DNA of 64,000 bases from a bacterium (lineage in GTDB: Bacteria > Joyebacterota > Joyebacteria > Joyebacterales > Joyebacteraceae). Positions 19,141 through 29,551 of this stretch are shown piece by piece. Both the position numbers and the translations under genes were made by a program. The notes under the pieces were generated by a model, which saw nothing but the letters and a program-made list of their open reading frames with translations, did not search any database and had not been told where the DNA came from. Within the stretch, counting starts at the first letter, position 1. Every line of letters starts with the position of its first letter. The stretch covers positions 87,556 through 151,555 of the forward strand of contig JALGZD010000218.1 in NCBI GenBank assembly GCA_025782395.1. The letters run 5' to 3'.

Positions 19141-20586
19141 CTATGCCCCGACGGCGGGTGCCCTGAGATCGTCCCACCATGGGTTGGGCCTGTCGGATAG
19201 TATTTTGTCCGGGTTCAGAAGACCGGATGGATCGAGCGCGCGCCTGACGGCCACGGTGACGCGAAGGGCCGCTTCGTCCAGCTCCTCCGCCAGGTGTTCC
19301 GCCTTGGTTATCCCGATGCCGTGTTCGCCGCTCAGGGTCCCACCCAGCTTGAGTGCTGCGCTGAAGAGCATCGATACGGCCTGCTGCGCCCGGACCATGT
19401 GTGACCGGTTGGCGCGGTCGAGCATTATGTTCACGTGGAGGTTGCCGTCGCCTGCGTGACCGAACGCCAGGATCGGCAGATTGACCTCCTCTGAAATGCG
19501 TCGCATCTCCGCGATAAACATCGGAATCCGGCTTCTCGGAACGGCAATGTCCTCGTTGATCTTGCCGGTGCCGAGCCTCGCAAGAGATGCGGAGATGGAA
19601 CGCCTGATCTCCCAGAGCTCATCCCGCTCGTTCTCATCGGATGCGGCTCTGATTCCCGTGGCCCCGCAGCTCTCAAGGATGGGCCGCAGTCTCCCCCACA
19701 TCCCGGCGAGATCGTCCGCAGCACCCTCGACTTCTATGAGAAGCGCTCCCTCCGACCTCGTGTCCGGAGCTCGGCCGCACACGTATTCGGTAGCGCAGGC
19801 AAGAGTGTCCCCGTCCATGATCTCGAGAACGCTCACCGGTACACCATCGGCCGTTATCATTGCCACGGCCGCCGCTGCATCATCGAGCGAGCCGAACTCG
19901 GCCCAGTACGTTCGCGTAACCTCGGGAGCATCGGTCAATCTCAGCGCAACGTTGGTCACCACAGCCAGCGTCCCCTCCGAACCCACGATGAGCGGGCCGG
20001 GATCCCACGCGGCACTGACGTCCGAGGCCGAGGCAAGGTAACCGGTCCGGATGATACTGCCGTCCATTGTTACCAGTTCCAGCCCCACGACGTAGTCTCC
20101 GGTAGTCCCGTAGAGCACGGTCCGGGGTCCCGCGGCACCCTCCGCTACGTTGCCGCCGATAGTGGACACCTTGAGGCTCGCCGGATCGGGAGGATACGTC
20201 AGTCCCAGGCTCTCCACGGTGTTGCGCAGGTCATCATTGACCACGCCGGGCTCGACCACGGCAACACGCGCCGTGACGTTCACGTCGGCAATACGCGTCA
20301 TCTTCTCGAACGAGAGTGCGATTCCCCCACAGATCGGAATGCTACCGCCCGTGTACCCGGTGCCCGCCCCTCTCGGGACGACAGGAAGACGTGCTCGGGA
20401 TGCTATCTTCACCACGGCCACGACATGATCCGGTGACTCAGGCCACACCACGATATCGGGAAGCCCACGGATGTCCGTTGCGTCGAAGGAGTAGCAGATC
20501 CTGTCCTCGCGTGCTGCCGAGCAGGATCCTTGAACCGCAGCCTCGATCTCCCTCTGAACAGCCTTTGTCAGGCGACTGCCTTCCAT
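19141..20586 (-). CDS. FAD-linked oxidase (GlcD / D-lactate dehydrogenase family)
   Basis: FAD-binding PCMH domain ([14 protein letters not shown]) and C-terminal FAD-oxidase domain. Probable start is MEGSRL; the first 22 aa of the listed ORF are doubtful. Confidence 0.75.
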   Translation of the reverse strand: MEGSRLTKAVQREIEAAVQGSCSAAREDRICYSFDATDIRGLPDIVVWPESPDHVVAVVKIASRARLPVVPRGAGTGYTGGSIPICGGIALSFEKMTRIADVNVTARVAVVEPGVVNDDLRNTVESLGLTYPPDPASLKVSTIGGNVAEGAAGPRTVLYGTTGDYVVGLELVTMDGSIIRTGYLASASDVSAAWDPGPLIVGSEGTLAVVTNVALRLTDAPEVTRTYWAEFGSLDDAAAAVAMITADGVPVSVLEIMDGDTLACATEYVCGRAPDTRSEGALLIEVEGAADDLAGMWGRLRPILESCGATGIRAASDENERDELWEIRRSISASLARLGTGKINEDIAVPRSRIPMFIAEMRRISEEVNLPILAFGHAGDGNLHVNIMLDRANRSHMVRAQQAVSMLFSAALKLGGTLSGEHGIGITKAEHLAEELDEAALRVTVAVRRALDPSGLLNPDKILSDRPNPWWDDLRAPAVGA

Positions 20587-20655
20587 GCCCGTGGCCCCAG
20601 TAGAAGAGATTCCCAAGAGAAGCGCACAGAGCCCGGCGGTGGTTCTCGACAACCG

Positions 20656-21660
20656 TCAAGCAATGCTCTGCGCAGCTGTGATCGCAGCCAGATCAACGAT
20701 GTCCTGCACACTCGCGCCGCGCGAGAGGTCATTCACGGGCTTGGCCAGCCCCTGCAGTATCGGTCCCACGGCCATTGCCCCACCGAGCCGCTGCACCAGC
20801 TTGTAGCTGATGTTGGCAGCGTCAAGATCGGGGAATATGAGCACGTTCGCGCGTCCGGCGACTTCGCTTCCCGGCGCTTTCTTCGCCCCGATCGCGGGCA
20901 GAAGCGCCGCATCTGCCTGAAGCTCGCCGTCGATCAAAAGGTCCGGAGCTCGCTCGCGAACGAGCCGTGTCGCGTCTATGATCTTGTTCACATCACGGTG
21001 GTTGGCACTCCCTTTGGTCGAAAATGACAACATGGCCACGACCGGCTCGTCACCGACAAGCGCCTGCCTTGTTGCCGCCGTCGCGATCGCGATGTCGGCC
21101 AGCTGCTCAGGCGTCGGCTGAGCGACTACGGCACAATCGGAAAAGAAGAGTACATGTTCCGAAACCGGCACTTCGTCCGGGATGATCATCAGGAACGTGC
21201 TCGAAACAATGGATGCGCCCTCGGTCAGGCCGATGCAGTGAAACGACGCCCTCAGCACGTCCGCCGTTGCCGTGGCGGCGCCGGCAACGCAGCCGTCGGC
21301 ATCACCGTTTCGTACCATGAGTGTGGAGAAAAAGATTGGATCTCTGACGGCTTCCCATGCCTCCTCCTCCGTGATGCCCTTGTGAGCCCTGAGTTCGTGG
21401 TACTGCCGCGCGAAGTCACCGAGCTTGTCCGAACGCTCGGGTGAAATGGTCTCGATTCCGGAGATATCGTCGCCGTGCGCCCGCGCGGCCGCCTCCAAAC
21501 TCTCCCGCTTGCCAAGGATGACGGGCGTTGCGAAACCCTCGCGCTTGATCCGGGCTGCAGCCTTGACTATGCGATCATCGTTCCCTTCGGGCAGGATTAT
21601 TCTCGCGTCGCGCTCTGCCGCCCGCTCCCTGATTGACTCCAGTATCCCCATCGTCTCCAC
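20656..21660 (-). CDS. pta: phosphate acetyltransferase (or butyryltransferase)
   Basis: 334 aa. [16 protein letters not shown] and ...GVNIIDGLSRG-like C-terminal region typical of Pta/Ptb. Confidence 0.8.
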   Translation of the reverse strand: METMGILESIRERAAERDARIILPEGNDDRIVKAAARIKREGFATPVILGKRESLEAAARAHGDDISGIETISPERSDKLGDFARQYHELRAHKGITEEEAWEAVRDPIFFSTLMVRNGDADGCVAGAATATADVLRASFHCIGLTEGASIVSSTFLMIIPDEVPVSEHVLFFSDCAVVAQPTPEQLADIAIATAATRQALVGDEPVVAMLSFSTKGSANHRDVNKIIDATRLVRERAPDLLIDGELQADAALLPAIGAKKAPGSEVAGRANVLIFPDLDAANISYKLVQRLGGAMAVGPILQGLAKPVNDLSRGASVQDIVDLAAITAAQSIA

Positions 21661-21681
21661 TCTCTCCTGTGATCATGTTTT

Positions 21682-22164
21682 TCAGGAACCGTTGCGCTTC
21701 TTCACAAGCTCCCTGAGAACAACGTCCGGCACGAGTCCGGAGACGTCGCCCCCCAGAAGGGCCACCTCTTTGACGATTGTGGAGTCCAGATATGTGAAGC
21801 GCTCGCTCGGTGTGAGGAACACCGTCTCGATCTCGGCCGCGAGACGTCTGTTCATCAGAGCCATCTGGAATTCGTACTCGAAATCAGAGACCGCTCTCAG
21901 GCCCCGGATCACGGCGCACGCGTCAAGTCGCCGGGCCTCCTCCACAAGAAGCCCCCCGAGTGACGTCACCTCAATGCCGTCAAGGTCGCTCGTGGCCTCC
22001 CGGATCATCTCCACTCGCTCGGATGGCGTGAACATCGGATCCTTGTCCCGGCCCGTGCCCACCGCCACCACCACGCGGTCGAAGATGCCGAGTGCCCGCC
22101 TCAGAAGGTCGAGATGGCCGTTTGTGATCGGGTCGAACGTCCCCGCATAGAGCGCTGTTCTCAA
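21682..22164 (-). CDS. coaD: phosphopantetheine adenylyltransferase
   Basis: 160 aa. ALYAGTFDPITNGHLDLLRRA. Confidence 0.9.
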   Translation of the reverse strand: MRTALYAGTFDPITNGHLDLLRRALGIFDRVVVAVGTGRDKDPMFTPSERVEMIREATSDLDGIEVTSLGGLLVEEARRLDACAVIRGLRAVSDFEYEFQMALMNRRLAAEIETVFLTPSERFTYLDSTIVKEVALLGGDVSGLVPDVVLRELVKKRNGS

Positions 22165-22772
22165 ATGTCCACCTCCGATGTCATCTTCGCGGCACCCGCC
22201 TCGGCACGCGCCTCGAAGAACTCGACCTCAATGGTCCCGTAGCGTTCTCTTCTCACCCTGGTAAGCCGACCGCTCGCGTCCGGAAGCTCGTCACCGACCC
22301 GATGCTCCACGACAACCAGCGAATCCGTGTGTATGCCACCCCAGCTGCCCAGTATCTCAAGTGTCCTCTCGGCCAGTCCGCTGTCGTACGGCGGGTCGGC
22401 AAACACGATATCGAACGCTGCCCTGCCCCGTCCACCCCTCAGGAATTCAGCCACAACCAGCTTAAGGACCGTGGACTCCGGCTTGACACCGAGTCGCTCG
22501 ATGTTACCCACAAGCACGCCTGCAACATCTCGGTCTTGCTCGACGAACGCGACCGATCGAGCTCCGCGAGACAGGCTTTCTATGCCGAGGCTGCCCGTAC
22601 CCGCGAAGAGATCAAGAACTCGCGCACCCTCGATCCTCGATCCGATGATCGAGAACACCGACTCCCTGACACGATCGTACGTCGGCCTGATGTCGCCCTT
22701 CCTGGGAACCTCGATCCGGCGCCCTCTGAGCTCGCCGGCGATTACTCGCAATCCACCCTCCCTGCGCTCCAC
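22161..22772 (-). CDS. rsmD: 16S rRNA (guanine966-N2)-methyltransferase
   Basis: 203 aa. LDLFAGTGSLGIE and FADPPY motifs. 4-bp overlap with coaD. Confidence 0.85.
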   Translation of the reverse strand: MERREGGLRVIAGELRGRRIEVPRKGDIRPTYDRVRESVFSIIGSRIEGARVLDLFAGTGSLGIESLSRGARSVAFVEQDRDVAGVLVGNIERLGVKPESTVLKLVVAEFLRGGRGRAAFDIVFADPPYDSGLAERTLEILGSWGGIHTDSLVVVEHRVGDELPDASGRLTRVRRERYGTIEVEFFEARAEAGAAKMTSEVDI

Positions 22773-22803
22773 CGTTCGTCTTCGCTTCCGCTCTTCGACC
22801 CAC

Positions 22804-24177
22804 CTACTCCTCGACCTGCTCCTCCATTCCGTATCGCTGGAGCTTCCGGTAAAGGGTAGAGGGATTGATGCCGAGGACCTCGGCTGCCTGCTTTTTCTTC
22901 CATCCTATATCGTTGAGGGTCTGAAGCAGATAGCGACGCTCGAGCTCGTCGAGTGTAATCCCGGATACGCCGAGATCGCGCGTGGACACGGTCGAGAGAG
23001 CCTGCTTTCTCAGACGCTCGGGAAAGATCGAGACGTTGAGGCTCTCGCCGGTGATCTCCGGTCCGTCGGAAAGAATCACCGCTCGCTCGATGATGTTCTC
23101 GAGTTCTCTCACATTGCCGGGCCACTCGTAGCTCGCCAGAATGGTCATCGCATCATCGGACACGGTCTTCTCCCCTCCAGTGATCTTCTCGATGAAGTGG
23201 TTCACCAACAGGGGAATATCTTCACGCCGCTCTCGGAGAGGAGGAATGACTACCGGGATCACATTGAGCCTGTAGTAGAGATCGGGCCTGAATCGCTTGT
23301 CCTCAACGAACTTCTCGAGATCGGCGTTCGTGGCCGCGACGATCCTTACGTTGACCTTGGTCGGTTTCGTGCCGCCCACCGGAACGACCTCACGCTCCTG
23401 AAGAACCCTCAGCAGCTTCACCTGGGTCGCAAGTGACGTCTCGCTGACCTCATCGAGGAAGAAGGTGCCTCCGTCGGCCACAACGAAAAGCCCGCGCTTG
23501 TCCTTTATGGCCCCCGTGAAGGAGCCCTTCACGTGTCCGAAGAGCTCGCTTTCGAGGAGCGTCTCAGGCAACGCCCCGCAGTTGATCGAGACGAAGCGTT
23601 CATCGGCACGCGAACTCGCCGCGTGGATGGCACGAGCGACCAGTTCCTTGCCGGTACCGCTCTCCCCCCTCAGAAGCACGGTACTCGACGTCTTCGCGAC
23701 ACGAGCGATCAGATCGAAAACATTCTGTATCTCTTCGCTCTCACCGATCATGTTCCGCTCGCTGTCGACGTGCATCGCACGCTCGAGATCGACCTTTTCC
23801 TCCCTGAGCCTCCGCACTTCCAGAGCGTTTCGTACGACCTGCTTGAGTTCCTCGTTCGAAACGGGTTTCAGAAGGTAGTAGAACGCCCCGAGGTTCAGGG
23901 CCTCTATCGCGGACTCCTGAGACGCGTGCCCGGTTACGATGATTATCGGGACGGTCGGGTCCGACTCGCGGAATGCGCCAAGCAGATCGATCCCGGTCAT
24001 TCCGGGAAGCTGAATGTCTGTGATGACGGCGTCGAAACTCTCCTTCGAGCTCAGCCTCACCGCCTTCTTCCCGTCCGCGGCCGCCTGTACTTCGTAGCCC
24101 TCGCGCTCCAGCATCATCGCCAGATATTCTCGAATGCTGTCCTCGTCGTCGACGACCAGGATTCTCCCGTGCGCCAT
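22804..24177 (-). CDS. sigma-54-dependent response regulator (NtrC/AtoC family: REC, AAA+, Fis HTH)
   Basis: 457 aa. REC domain with conserved Asp. GESGTGKELVARAIH Walker A. GAFTGA motif (FTGA). C-terminal helix-turn-helix. Confidence 0.85.
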   Translation of the reverse strand: MAHGRILVVDDEDSIREYLAMMLEREGYEVQAAADGKKAVRLSSKESFDAVITDIQLPGMTGIDLLGAFRESDPTVPIIIVTGHASQESAIEALNLGAFYYLLKPVSNEELKQVVRNALEVRRLREEKVDLERAMHVDSERNMIGESEEIQNVFDLIARVAKTSSTVLLRGESGTGKELVARAIHAASSRADERFVSINCGALPETLLESELFGHVKGSFTGAIKDKRGLFVVADGGTFFLDEVSETSLATQVKLLRVLQEREVVPVGGTKPTKVNVRIVAATNADLEKFVEDKRFRPDLYYRLNVIPVVIPPLRERREDIPLLVNHFIEKITGGEKTVSDDAMTILASYEWPGNVRELENIIERAVILSDGPEITGESLNVSIFPERLRKQALSTVSTRDLGVSGITLDELERRYLLQTLNDIGWKKKQAAEVLGINPSTLYRKLQRYGMEEQVEE

Positions 24178-24203
24178 CGTGATGTCCTTCCGAATACGTT
24201 TCG

Positions 24204-25808
24204 TTAATCGCCCACTCCGGGCAGGTAAACGATGAACCTGCTGCCTCGATCCTTCTTGCTCTCAATCACAATTCGCCCATCCTGCAGCTCGACGAGCTTG
24301 TCGACGACAGCGAGCCCAAGCCCGGTTCCACGAGCCTTCGAAGTCACAAACGGCGCGAATACCTGATCCACACGCTCCGCTTCGATCCCACATCCCGTGT
24401 CCTCAACGACCACCGCCATCTCTCCCCTCCGCACCTCCGAATTCATTTCGGAGACAGGCAGTAGAAACACCTTGACCCGGCCGCTCCCCTCGATCGCCTC
24501 GAAGGCGTTGATGATAAGGTTCAGGAGGATCTGACGTATCTGCTCGGGGTTCCCACGGACGCTCGCACCGCGGCAGTCAACGTCAAGAGCGATCTCCGAC
24601 CTGTAGCTGGAGTGGTTCCGTGCAAGAAGAGACACCTCGTGAGCGAGTTCACCCAGGTCCACGCGCCCGACGACACCTTCTTCCACCCGTCCGTACCTCA
24701 GCACACCCTGCACGAGGTTACTCAGCCTGTCAGATTCCTTCAGCACGAGTTCGACCAGCTTTGCATCATCGCTGCCCCGATCGACCCCCTCCCCAATCAT
24801 CTCAACCGAACCCCGGATCGCATTCAGGGGATTTCGGATTTCGTGGGCGAGCCCGGCCGCGAACTCGCCGAGCGCCGCAAGACGGTCGGCGTGACGCATC
24901 CTCCGTTCGAGCTCTCGCACATCTGTGAGGTCCTGGAAGATCGCAATCGCTCCTCGTTCCTTCCCGTCGTTGTCACGAAGGACGGAGGTGGATAGCCCCA
25001 CGGGGACCTTGGATCCGTCGGGGCGCGTGACCGACAGTTCCACGCGCGTCTCGGAACGCTGTTCCCCAAGCGCGGCGGCAATGTGTTTGGAAAAGGCCGG
25101 GACGGCCGACAGCACCTCCCGGAAATCCCGGCCTCGTGTCGCCAACGAGGGAACACCGAGGATGCGGCGTCCGGCCCGATTCAGATGAATGAGGACTCCC
25201 TCACTGTCGACGAGAACAAGCCCGCTCCGGATGCTCTCCACGATGTTCTCTGCATCGATCTGCGCTCTCGCCAGCTCCGACCTGGTCTCCTCCAGTTTCT
25301 GCTCGCTCTCCCGCGTGCGGGTACCAAGAAAACCGACCAGGAGCGCGACCAGGATCAGCGACAGCGACAGGATCACCGCCTCATCAAGAAGGTGGTGTCC
25401 GGACTGACCCAGCAGATCCGGCCGCTCGATGAGAAACAGCCCGACGAACGCGGTGAGACCTGCGACGGCGACGATGACTCCAGCGCGCGTGCCGAGCGCC
25501 GACGCAGCTGCAATCACAGGCAGAAAATAGAGCAATTTGAAGGGACTTCCCCCCCCTCCCGAGAAGTAGACCAGAAGAGTGACCAACGCGATGTCTGAGG
25601 CCAGCTGAACCGGCCTGATTCCGTGACGCCACCTGCCCCACGAGTGCCAGAAGTAGAAGCCTCCGCTCAGGAGAAGTACGGCAGCACCAAGCACCAGAAC
25701 AGGCGCCAGGTTGAATTCATTGCGACCGATGGATGCAACACCTATCACGACGGCGGCCACAACGAGTCGCCCAACGATGGCATTCCTCACAGTCGACAGC
25801 TGCCTCAT
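24204..25808 (-). CDS. sensor histidine kinase (N-terminal transmembrane region, PAS, HisKA, HATPase)
   Basis: 534 aa. H-box AAGLAHEIRNPL. N/G1/G2 boxes NLIINAFEA and DTGCGI...GTGLGLA. Hydrophobic N-terminal 200 aa. Confidence 0.8.
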   Translation of the reverse strand: MRQLSTVRNAIVGRLVVAAVVIGVASIGRNEFNLAPVLVLGAAVLLLSGGFYFWHSWGRWRHGIRPVQLASDIALVTLLVYFSGGGGSPFKLLYFLPVIAAASALGTRAGVIVAVAGLTAFVGLFLIERPDLLGQSGHHLLDEAVILSLSLILVALLVGFLGTRTRESEQKLEETRSELARAQIDAENIVESIRSGLVLVDSEGVLIHLNRAGRRILGVPSLATRGRDFREVLSAVPAFSKHIAAALGEQRSETRVELSVTRPDGSKVPVGLSTSVLRDNDGKERGAIAIFQDLTDVRELERRMRHADRLAALGEFAAGLAHEIRNPLNAIRGSVEMIGEGVDRGSDDAKLVELVLKESDRLSNLVQGVLRYGRVEEGVVGRVDLGELAHEVSLLARNHSSYRSEIALDVDCRGASVRGNPEQIRQILLNLIINAFEAIEGSGRVKVFLLPVSEMNSEVRRGEMAVVVEDTGCGIEAERVDQVFAPFVTSKARGTGLGLAVVDKLVELQDGRIVIESKKDRGSRFIVYLPGVGD

Positions 25809-25814
25809 CTTTCA

Positions 25815-26282
25815 CTACTCCCCTTCCGCCTCGAGCGGAAGCAAGATCTCGTCAACGGTTATCATCGGTCTCATACGCTCGAGAGTTCGCCGACCTATCC
25901 CCTTCACTTTAAGAAGGTCCTCCGGGTCGGAGAAACGCCCAAGCGTCTGCCTGAGTTCAATGATGGCCCCCGCACGAACGGGGCCTATGCCGGGAAGCTC
26001 AACGAGTTCGGTCTCGCCGGCAGTGTTCAAATTCAGAGGCCAAACCGGGGCCAAGCTCTCCGCGACTTCTTCCTCGACCGTCGCCGTCGACGGTAGAAGC
26101 CCCTCGACGCGCGACGGGTCAACTCGCCCGACCGCGAGCACTATGACGCCGACCAGGACGGCAATCACCAGAAACACGATGACTCCGCGCTCATCGCGTG
26201 TGAAAATGCCTTTCACCCCATCACCTCCGCCCAATACGTTGAATCTAACGAATTGCAAAACGCAATGCAAACTATTCCTCAC
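25815..26282 (-). CDS. comEA: ComEA-like helix-hairpin-helix DNA-binding protein
   Basis: 155 aa. N-terminal membrane anchor. LNLNTAGETELVELPGIGPVRAGAIIELR tandem HhH. Confidence 0.7.
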   Translation of the reverse strand: MRNSLHCVLQFVRFNVLGGGDGVKGIFTRDERGVIVFLVIAVLVGVIVLAVGRVDPSRVEGLLPSTATVEEEVAESLAPVWPLNLNTAGETELVELPGIGPVRAGAIIELRQTLGRFSDPEDLLKVKGIGRRTLERMRPMITVDEILLPLEAEGE

Positions 26283-26386
26283 AGTCGCCCAGCGGGCGGA
26301 CCACTCGGCCTATCGGAGGACAGCCGCTCAGGGAGAGAAACGATATATGCCAGCGGGTAGCGAGACAGGGAGGAAAACACGCGATC

Positions 26387-26452
26387 CTTGTGGGGTAACG
26401 ACAAGGGGAAGATGCCCGATGCTTGTGGGACAACGACAGGAGACAGATGCCC
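26387..26452. repeat. two tandem imperfect ~35-bp direct repeats, each with hairpin potential, upstream of comEA
   Basis: CTTGTGGGGTAACGACAAGGGGAAGATGCCC (26387-26417) and CTTGTGGGACAACGACAGGAGACAGATGCCC (26422-26452). CCTTGT/ACAAGG inverted arms within each copy. Confidence 0.7.
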
Positions 26453-26489
26453 TGGCCGGCGGCAGGGGCGCTGAAGCCGACCGAGTCGA

Positions 26490-28412
26490 TCAGTTCCAGA
26501 AATCCCAGGAGAACCCGACGGTGACGCGCCGGCCGGCCACATCGCGCTCCGGCCACTGCGGACGGTCCGTCTCAAATGGATTGTCCATGTAAACGTAGAC
26601 GTGCGCTGGTCCCACGTTTCCGGTCACGCTCGCTCGGGTGTAGAGCACGTGGTCATCCACCACATCTCCCCAGAGCTCTCCGACATCCGGAGCTTCAAAC
26701 GTCGCCGCGATCGCCAGTCGCGTGCTGAGCGTCTCCTTGAAGAGGAGTCGCACCAGCCACACCTCCGCATCGACCCTGACGGGCGAAACCGGAACCAGAC
26801 TGTGCAGGCCTCCGACCTCTGTAAGATCCAGGCGCAGCCTCGCGCCACCTCTCAGGCTGTCGTCCAGGGCCGCCCACAACGAGAGCGCTCCTATTGTCTC
26901 GCTGCTGCAGTTGACGGGAAGGAGGACACCGCCGTCGTCTTCAAGAAGGGCGATCGGCGAGTCCATTCTGGACAGCCTACCTGCGAAACCTCCCGAGACG
27001 ATCCGCCTGCGGCCCGACCAGCCGCAGCTGAGCGTAGCAACCGTCTCAGGATTCAGCGCAGGATTCCCTTCCGCGGACATGCCGGCTCCACCAGAGACCG
27101 GGATCGACGTCTCGACAAGCGCAAGTTCGAGCACCGTGGGCTGTCGTCCGCCGAGATTCGCTGCCAACCAGAAGCTACTCGCACCGGGGCCACGCGTGAG
27201 AAAAAGAACCGCTTGCGGAATGAGCGTTTCACGTTCACGACTTGCTCCAGCGGACGCATAGAGCGTCCAGGCCGAACCACACTCCAGCCTGCGATCGACG
27301 CCCGCAGCCACCGTGACAGCATTCTGCGGTTTTCCAAGCAGTGATCCGCGCGCTCTGTGGCTCGCGCCGCGAATCCGCACGGCGTCGAACGGACCGGCAG
27401 CGAAGGAGAGCGTCACACCATCTGTTGTGCCGTCGATACCACGACCGCCCGTGCCGGACCGATCCGAATTGAGCCAACTCTCGATGTGGAAGAGCTGTAC
27501 GCGAGTTCTCCCGTCTGTCGCAACCAGATCGACATCACTTCTGATGAGGCGATTGGCCACCGATGCGATGTCAGACGACTCGAACGGAAGATGCCGCTCT
27601 GCATCTACTCTCATCCCCCGAGCATCGACCCTCCACGCTCCAGGGAGAGAGACCGTGATTCTCCCACCCACGGTTCCGCTCTCGTACGATCCGCCCGGCA
27701 CCGGGGCCCGTCCGTCGCTCGCCTCCATGAAGCCCTGGAAACCCACGTCTCCATCCAGGAGTCGTCGTCCGAACTCGAATGACCGGGCGCGCGCGCTCAG
27801 GTCCCCGCTCATCATCCCCACCCGGGCGAACGGCACCGCCGCGGGTTTCCGCCCGGGATGCACGCTCACGGAGAGCCCCCCGGCGGCGCCTGCTCCGGAG
27901 CCCGCCGGCCCGAAGGGCGCTACGCTGATGCGCTCCGCCGCTGTGGACGGCCATATTGAAAGATCCGGACCGCTCGGAACCAGCACCACACCGTCGGAGA
28001 GCCCATATGCCTCCAGAAGGTCGAGTCCCCCAAGAATGCGATCGTACATGTCTCGACCGCCCATGGTCACCGTGGTCATCGAGGGAGGAAGGGCTCCACA
28101 GGCAAGCGATGAACGGTGGCCCCGCCAACCGGATGACTCTACCCGCACTCCGGGAACTCCTGCAAGCAGGACCGCAGCGTTCTCTGTCCCTGTGGGAGCC
28201 ATGCTCCGGACGGCAACGATAGAAAGCGGATGCCCGATGCGCTCGAGCAGAAGCGTGTCCGGGCTCTCGTGCTCATGCCGCGCCGGGAAGACCCGAGTGC
28301 TGTCCGGGGCGAATGGCGCAGGCTTCGGGATATCATCCGGTTCCTGCGCGGCTACGAGAGCGGCGCTCGCCACGACTACCAGAACAGCGACAAGGTTGCG
28401 AACTGCTATCAT
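26490..28412 (-). CDS. outer-membrane protein, possibly a TonB-dependent-receptor-like barrel
   Basis: About 640 aa from ATG at about 28412 (signal peptide MIAVRNLVAVLVVVASAALVAAQEP). PDTLLLERI is a TonB-box-like motif. AVLLAGVPGVRVESSG is a plug-like motif. Long stretch of alternating beta strands. The upstream 218 aa of the listed ORF overlap another gene and are spurious. Confidence 0.4.
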   Translation of the reverse strand: MIAVRNLVAVLVVVASAALVAAQEPDDIPKPAPFAPDSTRVFPARHEHESPDTLLLERIGHPLSIVAVRSMAPTGTENAAVLLAGVPGVRVESSGWRGHRSSLACGALPPSMTTVTMGGRDMYDRILGGLDLLEAYGLSDGVVLVPSGPDLSIWPSTAAERISVAPFGPAGSGAGAAGGLSVSVHPGRKPAAVPFARVGMMSGDLSARARSFEFGRRLLDGDVGFQGFMEASDGRAPVPGGSYESGTVGGRITVSLPGAWRVDARGMRVDAERHLPFESSDIASVANRLIRSDVDLVATDGRTRVQLFHIESWLNSDRSGTGGRGIDGTTDGVTLSFAAGPFDAVRIRGASHRARGSLLGKPQNAVTVAAGVDRRLECGSAWTLYASAGASRERETLIPQAVLFLTRGPGASSFWLAANLGGRQPTVLELALVETSIPVSGGAGMSAEGNPALNPETVATLSCGWSGRRRIVSGGFAGRLSRMDSPIALLEDDGGVLLPVNCSSETIGALSLWAALDDSLRGGARLRLDLTEVGGLHSLVPVSPVRVDAEVWLVRLLFKETLSTRLAIAATFEAPDVGELWGDVVDDHVLYTRASVTGNVGPAHVYVYMDNPFETDRPQWPERDVAGRRVTVGFSWDFWN

Positions 28413-28438
28413 CGGCCCCTCGCGGAAAAGCGTTACAG

Positions 28439-29032
28439 TCAGATCGACCGTGAGTCCACACGTCGCCCGGCCGTGGCAACGGCTCGAGGCACAATCACGG
28501 GCACAAGCACAGCGAAGACGATCGTGTTTGACACCATATGCACAGTCGAGAAGAAGGCATTGGCGACCAGCGCTGCCCTGAACCCCGTGCCGACATCCAA
28601 GCTGGCCACGGCCAGACCGGCGATAACGCCGACCTGGTAGATACCCGTCAATACGAATCCGGTCACGGCCGCGAAGATCACTTCGCGAAGCCTTCCCCCT
28701 GTCCGCCATACCCCTCTCAGGCAGCCACCGACGAAGCCGGCGAACCCCATCGCAAGAACCTGCGCGACGAACATGGGTGGAATGCCCAAACCGGAACCGA
28801 TGGGGTTCGCCCCGGAGTAGATCCCCATGACGATCATCCCCAGACAAGCTCCACGCCAGCGGCCCAGTACGGCTCCAGACACGAACACAGTGAAAGAAAT
28901 GAGTTCGATATTCGGGACGTGCGCGAGCAGCATACCGAGCGCGACGGCCAGCGCAGTCAGGATCGCCATCAGCACGAGGTCGCGAGCGCCCCGGCCCCCG
29001 CTCTTCTCCCACTCGACCATCGTTGCCTCCAC
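28439..29032 (-). CDS. small polytopic membrane protein (ECF-transporter S-component-like)
   Basis: 197 aa. 5-6 hydrophobic helices. GTG start. No soluble domains. Confidence 0.4.
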   Translation of the reverse strand: MEATMVEWEKSGGRGARDLVLMAILTALAVALGMLLAHVPNIELISFTVFVSGAVLGRWRGACLGMIVMGIYSGANPIGSGLGIPPMFVAQVLAMGFAGFVGGCLRGVWRTGGRLREVIFAAVTGFVLTGIYQVGVIAGLAVASLDVGTGFRAALVANAFFSTVHMVSNTIVFAVLVPVIVPRAVATAGRRVDSRSI

Positions 29033-29080
29033 ACGCCGTGGCGATGAGGATCACCGACGCATCCACTGCGGCGGCAGCTG

Positions 29081-29524
29081 TCAGTCGATCGCCGTTCTCT
29101 CGCGCTCAAGCTGGTTGGGCGTAACGTCATCAAGCTGGGTGTTGTCAGAGTCTCTCTCGCCAATCGGCTTGATGTACTGAGATATCTCGGTCTTGTCCGC
29201 CGGAGTCAGGCGCCCCCAGTTGCGCTGGACTTCATCGATGAGCGGCGTTCCGCACTTGCCTGGAATCTCGCTCCTGTATTCGGGCGGCAGACTCAATGGC
29301 TCGTACATCGCGTACACCTTGTACAGAAGGCCTGTCGAGTAGCCGATTTCGCCTTCCGCGACTGCGAGCGAGATAAGAGAGTACGTGTCGAACTCGGCGA
29401 GTTCGCCCGGCGGACCATGACCTGCCGTCTGAACGCCAGGCGGGTGCTCGATCCCCGCCGGCGGCGCGCATCCCGTCAGGACTACGGCGCAGACGATAAA
29501 CGCCTGTAGAAAGAGCAATCGCAT
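29081..29524 (-). CDS. lipoprotein, unknown function
   Basis: 147 aa. Signal peptide plus lipobox VLTGC. Confidence 0.5.
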   Translation of the reverse strand: MRLLFLQAFIVCAVVLTGCAPPAGIEHPPGVQTAGHGPPGELAEFDTYSLISLAVAEGEIGYSTGLLYKVYAMYEPLSLPPEYRSEIPGKCGTPLIDEVQRNWGRLTPADKTEISQYIKPIGERDSDNTQLDDVTPNQLERERTAID

Positions 29525-29551
29525 GATACCTCCGCTCAGACAGCGGGCGTG

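Noticed and set aside
22804-25808. Sigma-54 (-24 GG / -12 GC) promoters for targets of the NtrC-type regulator
   Set aside because: By eye I could not find a convincing TGGCAC-N5-TTGC element, on either strand, upstream of any gene in the window. Targets are probably elsewhere, or this needs a PWM scan.
26490-29066. 858-aa ORF in the track
   Set aside because: Its first ~218 aa are Arg/Gly-rich. They overlap the well-formed 197-aa membrane-protein gene (28439-29032) in another frame. A clean signal peptide starts at the internal Met (about 28412). I treat only 26490-28412 as coding.
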